Shown here in pieces: positions 29,120-38,256 of a stretch of 64,000 nucleotides of DNA. This stretch comes from a virus. Position 1 is the stretch's first letter. Each line of letters begins with the position of its first letter. Location: the IMG/VR virus record IMGVR_UViG_3300023199_000051, positions 114,165 through 178,164 of that record. One strand, 5' to 3'. Under the pieces are notes generated by a model. It had not been told where the DNA came from, searched no databases, and saw nothing but the letters and a program-made list of their open reading frames with translations. The position numbers and the translations under genes are program-made.

Positions 29120-32100
29120 ATGGCTGACTGGAAACAGAAGTACGAGGCTCTGGTCTCGCCGTCAGGTCTCAACGAGTACCAACACGCCAGCGTCGATGAG
29201 CTGGTCCGAGCAGCCAAGACGCCGGCTCCATTGCGGCTCGTGGCTGCAGCTGGTTCGGGGAAGAGCCGCACGATCATCGCTGCAACCAGCAAGGCAGTGA
29301 ACGAGGGCATTCTCCAACCAGAAGACATCATCGTCACCACGTTCACGCGCAAGGCGGCCGACGAGCTGCAGGAGAAGATCAAGGCTCACGTCAACCCGAA
29401 GCTCTGGCATCGACTGTCCAAGCGCATCAACACCTTCCACGGCCTGGCGCTGCGCTGGTTGATGTCGAAGGGGACGAAGAACCAGCAAGTCATCGCGGAG
29501 TACCCCAACGGCTTCAAGCGTGACAAGAACCTGGACGGGAAGGTCCGGACAAGGCGCCGTGAGGTAGGAGAGGAGGGTGAGACCAAGACGGAGACGGTTG
29601 GCCTCCCGATCAATGCGTCGCGCCTGTGGAGCCGGATCATCGGCCAGCCTTGGTTCAACTACAAGAAGGGAGGCGGCAAGACCCCGCGAGAGATCCCCGG
29701 CTTGGAGGGGACCGGCTTCTACGGCCTCGACGTCTCCGGTTCCGACGAGGAGAAAGCAGCGGGTCTCGTGCCGACAGGGGGAGACTACGCACTCGCAATC
29801 GGTCTCATCCGGTCCCGAGCGAAGGCGCGCACCGACGAGCATGCGCAGCAAGCACTCTGGGCCATGCAGCGCTTCGCAGGAGATGTCGTACTGGACAGCA
29901 GGGTCCTCGTTCAGGTGAGCCACGAGGAACAGCGAAAGGCCCGCGACTGGCTCGCCGACAACAAGTACAACATCGAGAGCCCGCTGCCTTTCATCGACCA
30001 GGCATGGAAGTGGTACGACCGCGCCAAGGACAAGCTCAAGGCATGGGACTTCGCGGACGCGCTTCACGTCTACTGGAAGCACGGTACCGAGTCCGCGAAG
30101 CTCATCATCGTCGACGAGGCACAAGACAACTCCTGGATGCAGCTCGACATCGCCCGGCAAATCGCTGAAAGAGGAGGAGGAAAGTTCGCTATCGTCGGCG
30201 ACGTGCGCCAGTCGATTTATTCGTGGAGGGGGGCCATGCCTTCCTACATGGAGAACGCTGACAGGACGCATGGCGCCAAGACGCTGGAGATCCCGACCAA
30301 CTACCGGAGCGGTCGCCAGATCGTCGAGCTGGGCAACACCATCAGCGGAGGCAAGTCCTGGGCGGTGGGCAGCCAGGCCATCCCAGCTCGGCGCAACGAC
30401 TTCCCAGCCCCCGCAGACTGGTACCGGCTCAACGCTGTGCAGGAAGGCGAGTCTCAAGCGGAGATCGCTCAACCGACCGCGCTGAGCTTCGTAGACGCTG
30501 TCGACGACCAGAAGCACAAGCTGCCGCGCGGGTACGTAGGTGTGCTCAACGCCGTCGATGGTGATCCGTCCGACGGAGCTGAGGAGATCGCGGCGGCCGT
30601 CAAGAAGGCGCTCGATGCAGGCGCAGACCCGAAGGACATCGCTGTCCTGGTCCGAACCAACAGCCTCGGCGAGTTCATCGAGTTTGGACTGCTCAAGGCC
30701 GGCATCCCGGCCGTGCGCCTTGGCATGGACTACAACTTCTTCGATCGCGCGTCGGTAGCAGCGGGCCTGGCCTACATGCTGATCTCGTCGCCGACCTACA
30801 ACAGCAATCCGGCACTCGCCGAGCGGAGGGCGCGGAACAAGCCGGCGCACCTCGAACGCATCGTGAACACTCCCAAGCGGTACCTCTCCCCCAAGAGGGT
30901 GACGAAGGCTGTCGCGGCGCACATGAAGCGCAACCCCGGCAGCTCGATCGTCGACGGCATTGATGCCATCATTCGGGGTGGCGGGCGGTACAACGGCAAC
31001 TACGTGGCCTCCAAGTACCGCGGTGTCGAGAACCTACGTGATCTGCGTGCGACCCTCATTGACTTGAGCAGCAAGTCCTGGGAGGAGCTACCACTCGCTG
31101 TCTACGACGTCCTCAACCCAGAGACGGATGAGGAGGATGAAGAGGATGAGAGGGAGGACTCCGAGCGTGCCCTGTCCCGCAACCTGGCAGCCATCGCAGA
31201 AGGCTTCGATGACCTCAACACCTTCCTGCAGTTCGTTGGCCGTGTACAGCAGACACGGGTCTCGTTCCGCGACTCCGACATGGACAATGCAAAGAAGGCT
31301 GCCGAGGCTCAGAAGGCCATGTCCGAGCGTGTGACCATCTCTACGGTGCACCGGAGTAAGGGCCTTCAGTGGCCAACCATCTTCATCCCATGTACCGACG
31401 GCATCTTCCCGCTGGACCGCGCGCTTGACCGTGACCCAGAAGAAGAGCTGCGCCTGTTCTACGTGGCCGTGACCCGTGCACAGGACAACTGCATCCTGAC
31501 GTACTCGGACTACCGACTCGGGCGTAAGCCAGGACAGGTCTCTGTGGATAAGGTAGCAAGCACAGGGCCTGGACGGTACATCTACCGGATCTTCACCCCT
31601 TTCTACAGGGAGCAGCGCGCGCTCGATGAAGCGCTGCTCCGCGCGAAGCAGGCTCCGTGGAAGCTCGTCGATGATGACACCGAAGAGGCGCTGTTCAACC
31701 GTACCTTCACCTGGCGCAACCCAGTCGCCCCAGAGTGGTTCGTGCGCGTCGTTGAGCGTCCAGCTCCCAACGACCCGCAGACCAGTGATGAAGGTGTAGC
31801 GGGAGCGGTATGGACGGTCAGCAGTAAGTTCGGCGGGCAGGGCTGGCAGGTCGTGACCGCTCCAGAAGGTTTCCAGGGGGACGAGACCGTCCTCGATGAC
31901 AGCGAGCGTGCACACTGGCGGATGCCTGCTGAAGCAGTAGAGGTGGCCATCACGTACATGGAGAGCAATGCTGGGAAGTCACACGTCGGCATCGACGATG
32001 CCGCCGAGATTCGCTTTGCGGACTTCGTGTCCTGGGTCGCACAGATGGAGGGGGAGGTTCGTGAAGGCCTGACCTACGCCGACTTCGCGACCTGGCTCAC

Positions 32101-34108
32101 CGAGGATGCCTACAAGCAAGGCATCATCGACGACTTCCGGCGCATCATGGAGACCGCAGACAACCCCATCCGAGCGGCGTTGGGGTGGAGCCGGCTCACT
32201 GATCTGTGGGCGTCCGCGTCAGGGCAGGCCGAGCTGCACCCTTCCAGTACAGGTGAAGGGTACGCCATCACCGAGCGACCCGGCGCGCGCCCCCTCGGTG
32301 TGCTGTGGCGGAGCGGTGGCGAGCTGCAGTACCAGGGAGACATCCACCTACGCGAGCCGCAGAACCTCCACTACAGCGTCGCCGAGGTAGGAGATGGAGA
32401 GGTCACGACCCTGTGGCAGGATGGCAGTGGGGGCTCCTATCCCATGAGTGGTCCTCGCTACGTAGAAGGAAGCGCAGCCCTGCAGGATGCCCTCACAGCA
32501 GCTGCCCAGCGTGCCATCGCACAAGGGGCAGAGGCGGCAGAGGTGGAGACACCGGCCACCGTCGAGGCGCCTGCCGCGCCAGCTCGGGTAGCTGCGTCTC
32601 TCCCCGCCATCGGGTACGAGGTCCAAGCCCCCCCAGGCACCACCGAGCAGCAATGGGCTCAGCTTGTGCATGGCTGGCAGGACACCGAGCTGGGCAAGGA
32701 GTGGAAGCTCGATTCGAGCGGGTGGACTGCAACATGGACGCACCCTCCTACAGGCATGGTCATCCGCGTGGCCCACATCGACTTCATGGGCAACCCCATG
32801 CTGCAGGTGGCGCACAACCAGGCGCACCTGCAGCCCAACCGGGTGCAGTACGGCTCGCCAGACGCTGCTCTCAAGCAGGTGCAGGCCTGGCAGGCCGTCG
32901 TCGAGGAGATGGGAGACGGCGCCCCCGGCGCGGAGGCTACTCCCCCCAAGCTGCCGGCTGCACCGACAGCTTCCGCCAGACCGGAGACCGCGGGTACCAC
33001 AGATGGTCTGATTGACCAGGTGAGGTGCGCCATCCTCGAAGTGCTGGCCGTCAGCACGGTGAAGATGGGCAGAGAGGGGGACACGGCAGGGCCACTCGAA
33101 GGAAACGTGCGAGAGGAGATGTCCAAGCGAGGCGTGTCTCACCTCGATGCCGCAATGGTCCACTTTCCCGAGGTGCTGTCGTCGTTGATCACAGCTGGAA
33201 AGGTGCGCGCGGACTACCAGCCAGACAAGCAGCTGTATGGCCTCACGATGGCTGGTGCCGAGGATGCATGCCTGCTCCGGGCGAAGGCGACAGGGCAGGT
33301 GGACGCCGCTGTCCTGTCCGCGGTGCCCAGCGCCAATGCCCCTGCGCGCCCGATCGTGTGGGTACGGCTCCCAGAAGTACCCACCCATGTACGTCGTACC
33401 CTGCCGGGCAAGCTCATCGTGAGCCGTCCTCTAGCGGGCGATCGGTCTGCACCAGCTACGGTGAGCATCCCACGACCGCATGACAGCACCGACAAGCGCT
33501 CTGCGCTGGTACGCGTGGGTAGCTTCGTGATGACGCAGGATCCCCCGAGTAAGGGAGGCGGCTTCCTGCAGAGCATCTACCGCGTCGAGCAGCCTATCAA
33601 GCCAGGGGGCCCCGGTGAGCTGGCCCTCGTAGCAAGCAAGAACTTCGACCCCTACAAGCCGGACGTCGAAGGTAGGCTGGCGCTGTGGCGCCTCGTGCGC
33701 GAGGAAGTGGATGCCGGGTGGGGTGGGGACGATCTGAGTCGTCTGCTCATCGAACAAGACATCACCGAGCCGGAAGACGTCGAAGCAGCTCGTGCCATCT
33801 TCGAAGCTGGAGGCTCTGGGGTGTACCAGGTAGGCGGTGAGCGTGGTCCCGAGCTGTGGATGCAGGCGAGTGGTGCGGGTGTCTACGCTCCGGGAGCAGA
33901 CCGGTGGAGGGACGGCACAGTGCGGAAGCGGAAGCTGCGCGGCGTGACTCCACCACAAGTGGTGAGCCTCGCCGAGCAGGGCGCCTTAGAAGCCGCGTCG
34001 CTAGAAGGTGTCGAGGAGGACACCTACGTAGTGGCGTTCTCCGAGGAGCCCGAGCCGTCTCCTGCGCCTGGAAGCTCGGAGGGGCTCCCAGTGACCGGCG
34101 TCCCGTAG
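29120..34108 (+). CDS. UvrD/PcrA-like SF1A helicase with long C-terminal extension
   Basis: AAAGSGKS, TFTRKAA, TFHGLA, VDEAQD, VGDVRQSIYSWRGA, NYRS, TVHRSKGLQW, RLFYVAVTRA within the first about 800 aa. Confidence 0.9.
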   Translation: MADWKQKYEALVSPSGLNEYQHASVDELVRAAKTPAPLRLVAAAGSGKSRTIIAATSKAVNEGILQPEDIIVTTFTRKAADELQEKIKAHVNPKLWHRLSKRINTFHGLALRWLMSKGTKNQQVIAEYPNGFKRDKNLDGKVRTRRREVGEEGETKTETVGLPINASRLWSRIIGQPWFNYKKGGGKTPREIPGLEGTGFYGLDVSGSDEEKAAGLVPTGGDYALAIGLIRSRAKARTDEHAQQALWAMQRFAGDVVLDSRVLVQVSHEEQRKARDWLADNKYNIESPLPFIDQAWKWYDRAKDKLKAWDFADALHVYWKHGTESAKLIIVDEAQDNSWMQLDIARQIAERGGGKFAIVGDVRQSIYSWRGAMPSYMENADRTHGAKTLEIPTNYRSGRQIVELGNTISGGKSWAVGSQAIPARRNDFPAPADWYRLNAVQEGESQAEIAQPTALSFVDAVDDQKHKLPRGYVGVLNAVDGDPSDGAEEIAAAVKKALDAGADPKDIAVLVRTNSLGEFIEFGLLKAGIPAVRLGMDYNFFDRASVAAGLAYMLISSPTYNSNPALAERRARNKPAHLERIVNTPKRYLSPKRVTKAVAAHMKRNPGSSIVDGIDAIIRGGGRYNGNYVASKYRGVENLRDLRATLIDLSSKSWEELPLAVYDVLNPETDEEDEEDEREDSERALSRNLAAIAEGFDDLNTFLQFVGRVQQTRVSFRDSDMDNAKKAAEAQKAMSERVTISTVHRSKGLQWPTIFIPCTDGIFPLDRALDRDPEEELRLFYVAVTRAQDNCILTYSDYRLGRKPGQVSVDKVASTGPGRYIYRIFTPFYREQRALDEALLRAKQAPWKLVDDDTEEALFNRTFTWRNPVAPEWFVRVVERPAPNDPQTSDEGVAGAVWTVSSKFGGQGWQVVTAPEGFQGDETVLDDSERAHWRMPAEAVEVAITYMESNAGKSHVGIDDAAEIRFADFVSWVAQMEGEVREGLTYADFATWLTEDAYKQGIIDDFRRIMETADNPIRAALGWSRLTDLWASASGQAELHPSSTGEGYAITERPGARPLGVLWRSGGELQYQGDIHLREPQNLHYSVAEVGDGEVTTLWQDGSGGSYPMSGPRYVEGSAALQDALTAAAQRAIAQGAEAAEVETPATVEAPAAPARVAASLPAIGYEVQAPPGTTEQQWAQLVHGWQDTELGKEWKLDSSGWTATWTHPPTGMVIRVAHIDFMGNPMLQVAHNQAHLQPNRVQYGSPDAALKQVQAWQAVVEEMGDGAPGAEATPPKLPAAPTASARPETAGTTDGLIDQVRCAILEVLAVSTVKMGREGDTAGPLEGNVREEMSKRGVSHLDAAMVHFPEVLSSLITAGKVRADYQPDKQLYGLTMAGAEDACLLRAKATGQVDAAVLSAVPSANAPARPIVWVRLPEVPTHVRRTLPGKLIVSRPLAGDRSAPATVSIPRPHDSTDKRSALVRVGSFVMTQDPPSKGGGFLQSIYRVEQPIKPGGPGELALVASKNFDPYKPDVEGRLALWRLVREEVDAGWGGDDLSRLLIEQDITEPEDVEAARAIFEAGGSGVYQVGGERGPELWMQASGAGVYAPGADRWRDGTVRKRKLRGVTPPQVVSLAEQGALEAASLEGVEEDTYVVAFSEEPEPSPAPGSSEGLPVTGVP

Positions 34109-34308
34109 CGTGGACGGAGGTCTACGTAGCGCAGATCGCCTGGGGACACGCCAGCCAGCTCGGCGATGGCTACCAGGTGTTCTTCGCGGGGTGCCGTAGC
34201 TCCTGTGCGCCAGCGGCACACCGAAGAGCGGGACACACCAAGCCTGTCTGCTAGCTCGGCATCGTTCCCGATCGTCGGTAGCACGACTGCGAGGTTGTCT
34301 CTGAGCAC
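34024..34308 (-). CDS. XRE/cI-like HTH repressor (only credible minus-strand gene)
   Basis: DAELADRLGVSRSSVCRWRTGATAP; divergent from 34407 unit. Confidence 0.7.
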   Translation of the reverse strand: MLRDNLAVVLPTIGNDAELADRLGVSRSSVCRWRTGATAPREEHLVAIAELAGVSPGDLRYVDLRPRYGTPVTGSPSELPGAGDGSGSSENATT

Positions 34309-34406
34309 GTAGGCGCCTCTCTTCTACACCAGACTCTAGCGTTGCTGTGCACGCCGTGCAATATTCGCTATAGGCGTTATGGACGCGAAGAGCCCTCCGC
34401 AGTAGG

Positions 34407-35291
34407 ATGGGCCTCCTCCACGAACAGGCGGTGAAGAGCATGGCGGGAACCCCCCAGGAAGCATCCGAGAACGGACCGGAGCCGACCGAGACCCCGGTCA
34501 ACGGAGGTGGAAAGCCGGTCGTTGACAACGGCGCTGAAGTGAAGGAAGCCGCCGACACCGAGAGAGAGGAAGAGGAAGGCATCGAGGGAACCGAAGGAGC
34601 AGCCGAGAGCAGCGAGGGTGTCCAGATCGAGCTGGTCTCCCCATCCGAAGAGGGCAACGACGAAGAGGGCGACGACGAAGAGGGCGGCCCTGACGACCCT
34701 GACGGCGCAGACATCGAACGTCTGGCGCATGAAGGCGTGCCCAGCAATATGCCGCGGTGGGTACGGGCCACCGTGAATCAGTTGCTCAGGGAGCGCAAGG
34801 CTGCCCACGACCACTACGGCCCTGCACTGCAGGAGATTGGAGCAGCTCGCGCAGTGCTCACCGAGACCATCGTCGAACACGTCGATCTCGACGACAACGA
34901 GCGTGCAGAGGTGGAAGCGGGCCGTGCCGACCTGGTCCACTACGCGCAGCTGGTCAACCAGCTCGTCGAAGACATCAGCGAAGAGTGCGAAGACCGCCTC
35001 GACGCGGCACTCGGCTTCGCGCGCGTGTCCTGTGTACTCAGAGGCGAGCCTCTTCCGCCATCTCTCGGTAAGCCAGGCCCCGTGACGCTCCGGCTGCAGC
35101 AGGTGCTCAAGGAGCATGCGCAGAGGGCGCTGTCCAGCATGCCAGGTGCGGACTCCCGAGCTGCAGGCCAGCGGGACTGTCCCCTCTGCACCTCGGAGGA
35201 GGCTGCCGAGCGCGGCGTCGAGCCGGGCATCATCTTTGGCATGCCCTGCCCGGTGTGCAAGGGCAACACCGTGATCGAGGTGTCGCCATGA
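34407..35291 (+). CDS. Hypothetical protein, acidic N-terminus, C-terminal CxxC pairs
   Basis: 294-aa ORF; CPLC...CPVC. Confidence 0.55.
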   Translation: MGLLHEQAVKSMAGTPQEASENGPEPTETPVNGGGKPVVDNGAEVKEAADTEREEEEGIEGTEGAAESSEGVQIELVSPSEEGNDEEGDDEEGGPDDPDGADIERLAHEGVPSNMPRWVRATVNQLLRERKAAHDHYGPALQEIGAARAVLTETIVEHVDLDDNERAEVEAGRADLVHYAQLVNQLVEDISEECEDRLDAALGFARVSCVLRGEPLPPSLGKPGPVTLRLQQVLKEHAQRALSSMPGADSRAAGQRDCPLCTSEEAAERGVEPGIIFGMPCPVCKGNTVIEVSP

Positions 35292-35638
35292 TGGTGGTCA
35301 AGGTCTGCATGTGGCCGAACGGCGATGCGTCGAAAGAGCGCGTGATGTCGGTGGCCACCTTCACATGCAAGGGGCAGAGCAAGGAGGGTGAACGCCGCTA
35401 CCAGGTGAAGCTCCTCAAGGATGCCCAGTTCTCCAAGCTCGACCTCAACGATCCCGGCGCCGTGCGCCGACCTCCTGGCCGCGAAGTCTGGAGGCAGGGG
35501 TGGGTTCGAGGTCACTTCCCAGGCCGGAGGGGGATCTGGGATCTCGTCGGCGGGGCACTGAACATGATGCTGGGATCCCGCCTGGTCTCCTACCGTCGAG
35601 ACGACACGCTGCCGCGTGAAGCCAACATTACACCTTGA
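35288..35638 (+). CDS. Hypothetical protein
   Basis: ATGA overlap; high GC3. Confidence 0.55.
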   Translation: MMVVKVCMWPNGDASKERVMSVATFTCKGQSKEGERRYQVKLLKDAQFSKLDLNDPGAVRRPPGREVWRQGWVRGHFPGRRGIWDLVGGALNMMLGSRLVSYRRDDTLPREANITP

Positions 35639-35707
35639 CAGACGGCCTACAGCTCTGTAGGTGTAGTGTGACATCCATCCCTACAAAGACGTAGAGGCGC
35701 AGGACAC

Positions 35708-36154
35708 ATGAAGCAGGGCAGTGACAAGCCGCTCAACAAGGGTGCAGAGGCGGCCAGGGCCTTCGGGCGCAAGCTCCGCGAGCTGCGGAAGGCAGCTGGT
35801 CTGTCGCAGCGACTGCTGGTGCATGCAGCCTCTGAAGGCAACCACATCCCAGGCATCGTCACTCCGGCGATGGGCCACTGGGAAGTGGGTCGCCGCATCC
35901 CGCTGCCAGGCCAGCTGTACGTGATCATGGAGGCCTTGAACGCCACGGAGGCCAACCGGCTGGCCCTCCTTGACCTGGCGGCCGAGGCCAACCTCACCTA
36001 CCGCGACATGATGGGGATGGTGGAAGGGCTGCCTGACAGCGACCGTCTCCAGCGATGGGAGTTTCAGGCCGCCTCCTCCTTCCAAGGGCTCCGCGCCACC
36101 CGCAGCGAGTGGCGTCAGCTCAACAAGGAGGCGGCAGAAGAAGATGCAGCGTAG
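35708..36154 (+). CDS. XRE-family HTH regulator
   Basis: FGRKLRELRKAAGLSQ...GHWEVGRRIP. Confidence 0.8.
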   Translation: MKQGSDKPLNKGAEAARAFGRKLRELRKAAGLSQRLLVHAASEGNHIPGIVTPAMGHWEVGRRIPLPGQLYVIMEALNATEANRLALLDLAAEANLTYRDMMGMVEGLPDSDRLQRWEFQAASSFQGLRATRSEWRQLNKEAAEEDAA

Positions 36155-36170
36155 CCGTCGAACCGATGCT

Positions 36171-36293
36171 TTTCCCCTGTGGGAAATCGAGAGTGGTGCT
36201 CTCGGCGGGGGTGTGGTGACCCCCATGGATCTGTAGAGGCTTCGGCCGACACAGCTCCCGAGTGGGCAGTCCTGGAGACAGGGCTGCCCACTT
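36171..36293 (+). ncRNA. Candidate structured RNA (five consecutive hairpins)
   Basis: Stems TTTCCC/GGGAAA, CGAGAG/CTCTCG, GGGGGT/ACCCCC, a UUCG-capped stem, and a 14-bp GAGA-capped stem. Confidence 0.5.
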
Positions 36294-36358
36294 CTAGTTG
36301 TAGGGGCCCTGCGCATAGTGACAGGTTAGAAGTAGGGTTTCGCTGATGACTAGCGCTG

Positions 36359-36379
36359 TGTGGTACAGGAGGCTACAAT
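36359..36379 (+). promoter_or_regulatory. Conserved promoter/operator motif driving CRISPR array 1
   Basis: TGTGGTACAGGAGGCTACAAT. Confidence 0.7.
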
Positions 36380-36390
36380 AGGAGCACCTA

Positions 36391-36569
36391 CGAGCGGTCC
36401 AGTGCTGCACTACAGCACGGTCACCGCTCGCAGGGACCCTTGATCCTTGAAAACCAGCGGGTGTGTTAGCGAAAACGCACTCGTAAGCTGCTGGTGCCAG
36501 CAGCCTAAAAGGCACCCGCTCGCACAGCTACCCGGAGCCCCGCTCTGTGTGCGAATCGTGAGTAGGGAG
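36391..36569 (+). promoter_or_regulatory. CRISPR leader 1 (structured, boxA-like element 36440-36454)
   Basis: Two blocks near-identical to leader 2; TTGATCCTTGAAAAC. Confidence 0.8.
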
Positions 36570-37502
36570 GTCGCAGCGGTCTGCTGACTGCTGCGTGTGT
36601 TGGAGCGGCCTGCACAGCCCGCCGTCATCGAGCCCGTGCACGGTCGCAGCGGTCTGCTGACTGCTGCGTGTGTTGGAGCATCGCAACCGTGTCAAGCTGG
36701 TTCGTCGGCATCGGGTCGCAGCGGTCTGCTGACTGCTGCGTGTGTTGGAGCTGCGTGGCGAGGTGCTCCGCCCAGATGGCGTCTGGTCGCAGCGGTCTGC
36801 TGACTGCTGCGTGTGTTGGAGGTAGTCGGAGGAGTCGATGGCGCCGCGGGGGTGGTCGTCGCAGCGGTCTGCTGACTGCTGCGTGTGTTGAAGGCGACTG
36901 GAGCTGCGCACCTTGTGCCGGGCAACGCGAGGTCGCAGCGGTTTGCTGACTGCTTCGTGTGTTGAAGGGTCATCGGCACCCGGCGCACGATCGGGATGCC
37001 ACTTCGTCGCAGCGGTCTGCTGACTGCTGCGTGTGTTGGAGGGTCATGGTGGTCTCCGCTAGCATCGCGGAGGACCTCGGGCGCAGCGGTCCGAGGGCTG
37101 CTGCGTGTGTTGGAGCGCGGAAGTACCGGGCTTCGACCTGGGCGTCTGTTGCCTCCGGCGCAGCGGTCTGCTGACTGCTGCGTGTGTTGGAGAGAGGCGT
37201 GTGTTGGAGGTGGGATGGGTGGTCATCGGATACCATATTCATGCTCGTCGCAGCGGTCTGCTGACTGCTGCGTGTGTTGGAGGCCCATCCGGGAGGTCAT
37301 CGACGACCTCGCCGAGCAGGTCGCAGTGGTTGAGAGGCCGCTGCGTGTGTTGGAGGATCAGGAAGAAGGCCAACTGGAAGGGGCGCCACTCGGGGCCGCA
37401 GCGGTCTGTTGACTGCTGCGTGTGTTGGAGCCCGTTTCCGCCCTTCAGAAACACTGTGCCGGCGGGGTCGCAGCGGTCTGCTGACTGCTGCGTGTGTTGA
37501 AG
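36570..37502 (+). CRISPR. CRISPR array 1: 13 repeats, 12 spacers
   Basis: Repeat GTCGCAGCGGTCTGCTGACTGCTGCGTGTGTTG(G/A)AG plus a C/G (37 nt); 9-bp hairpin; distal repeats diverge; possible degenerate repeat at about 37543. Confidence 0.98.
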
Positions 37503-37613
37503 CCACGACGAGCCGGGCGTGTATATCGGGGAGCTGCGTCGGGGCGTAGCGGTCGGAACTCCATTGCACGAAAAGGCAGTTTATGCCTGCAATATGAAGA
37601 ATTGTGTGCGGTT

Positions 37614-37634
37614 TGTGCCACGGCAGGCTACATT
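37614..37634 (+). promoter_or_regulatory. Conserved promoter/operator motif
   Basis: TGTGCCACGGCAGGCTACATT. Confidence 0.7.
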
Positions 37635-37662
37635 AGGGGTGTCACCAACGAGGAAGACGTCA

Positions 37663-38256
37663 ATGCTCCCCACCACGGATAGCACCGAACACCACCATTT
37701 GGAGTGTCTGATACTGAGGTCAACCTCAAAGCTGCGGCGTGTTCGAGAAGCACGCGGGTACTCCCAGGTCGCACTCGCCCAACGCACTGGGGTCAGCCAG
37801 CCAGACATCTCTGCCCTGGAGCGTGAAGCGCTGTCTCCGACTGGAACAAATGGCACCTGGCGCTGCCAGGTCTACGACCTGGCAGACGTGTTGGGGGTGC
37901 TCCCGGGGGAGTTGTTCCCCAGAGCAGACGCACCCTGCACGGTCCCACTTGATCATGCCGCTAGCGTGGCTCACCCCGCTGACCTGGAAGCCCTCATTGA
38001 GGTCCACGAGGACATCCAGCTTCTCATTGTCGCCATGGAGCAGTTGCCAGCACAGGGCCGTCGCGCTCTGGCTCTGCGCTATGGAATCGGCGGCCACGAA
38101 GAGCACAGCCTCGCTGCAGTCGGCCGGAAGCTGACGCCGCCTGTGGGCGCGGAACGTGCCCGTCAAATTGTGCGCACGGCCTACTTCCAACTCCGTGAGT
38201 GTGGCCCTATCCCCGCTGCCTACCCTTCCCTCATGTACACCCCCCGGAGCTTCTGA
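37663..38256 (+). CDS. XRE HTH fused to sigma70 region-4-like domain
   Basis: LRRVREARGYSQVALAQRTGVSQPDISALE; LPAQGRRALALRYGIGGHEEHSLAAVG...GAERARQI. Confidence 0.8.
   Translation: MLPTTDSTEHHHLECLILRSTSKLRRVREARGYSQVALAQRTGVSQPDISALEREALSPTGTNGTWRCQVYDLADVLGVLPGELFPRADAPCTVPLDHAASVAHPADLEALIEVHEDIQLLIVAMEQLPAQGRRALALRYGIGGHEEHSLAAVGRKLTPPVGAERARQIVRTAYFQLRECGPIPAAYPSLMYTPRSF

Noticed and set aside
29162-30922. Long minus-strand ORFs (also 1398-2687, 4362-5585, 25263-26654, 44250-45383, 63218-64000)
   Set aside because: Antisense shadows of high-GC3 plus-strand genes that carry clear motifs.
35635-35663. TTGACA as a canonical promoter for the XRE gene
   Set aside because: No acceptable -10 box at 16-18 nt spacing; only the palindrome is noted.
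36343-36349. Hammerhead ribozyme core CTGATGA
   Set aside because: No downstream GAAA or closing stems on the same strand.
36528-37569. ORFs spanning CRISPR array 1 (and likewise 47749-49055)
   Set aside because: Translations of repeats and spacers, not genes.
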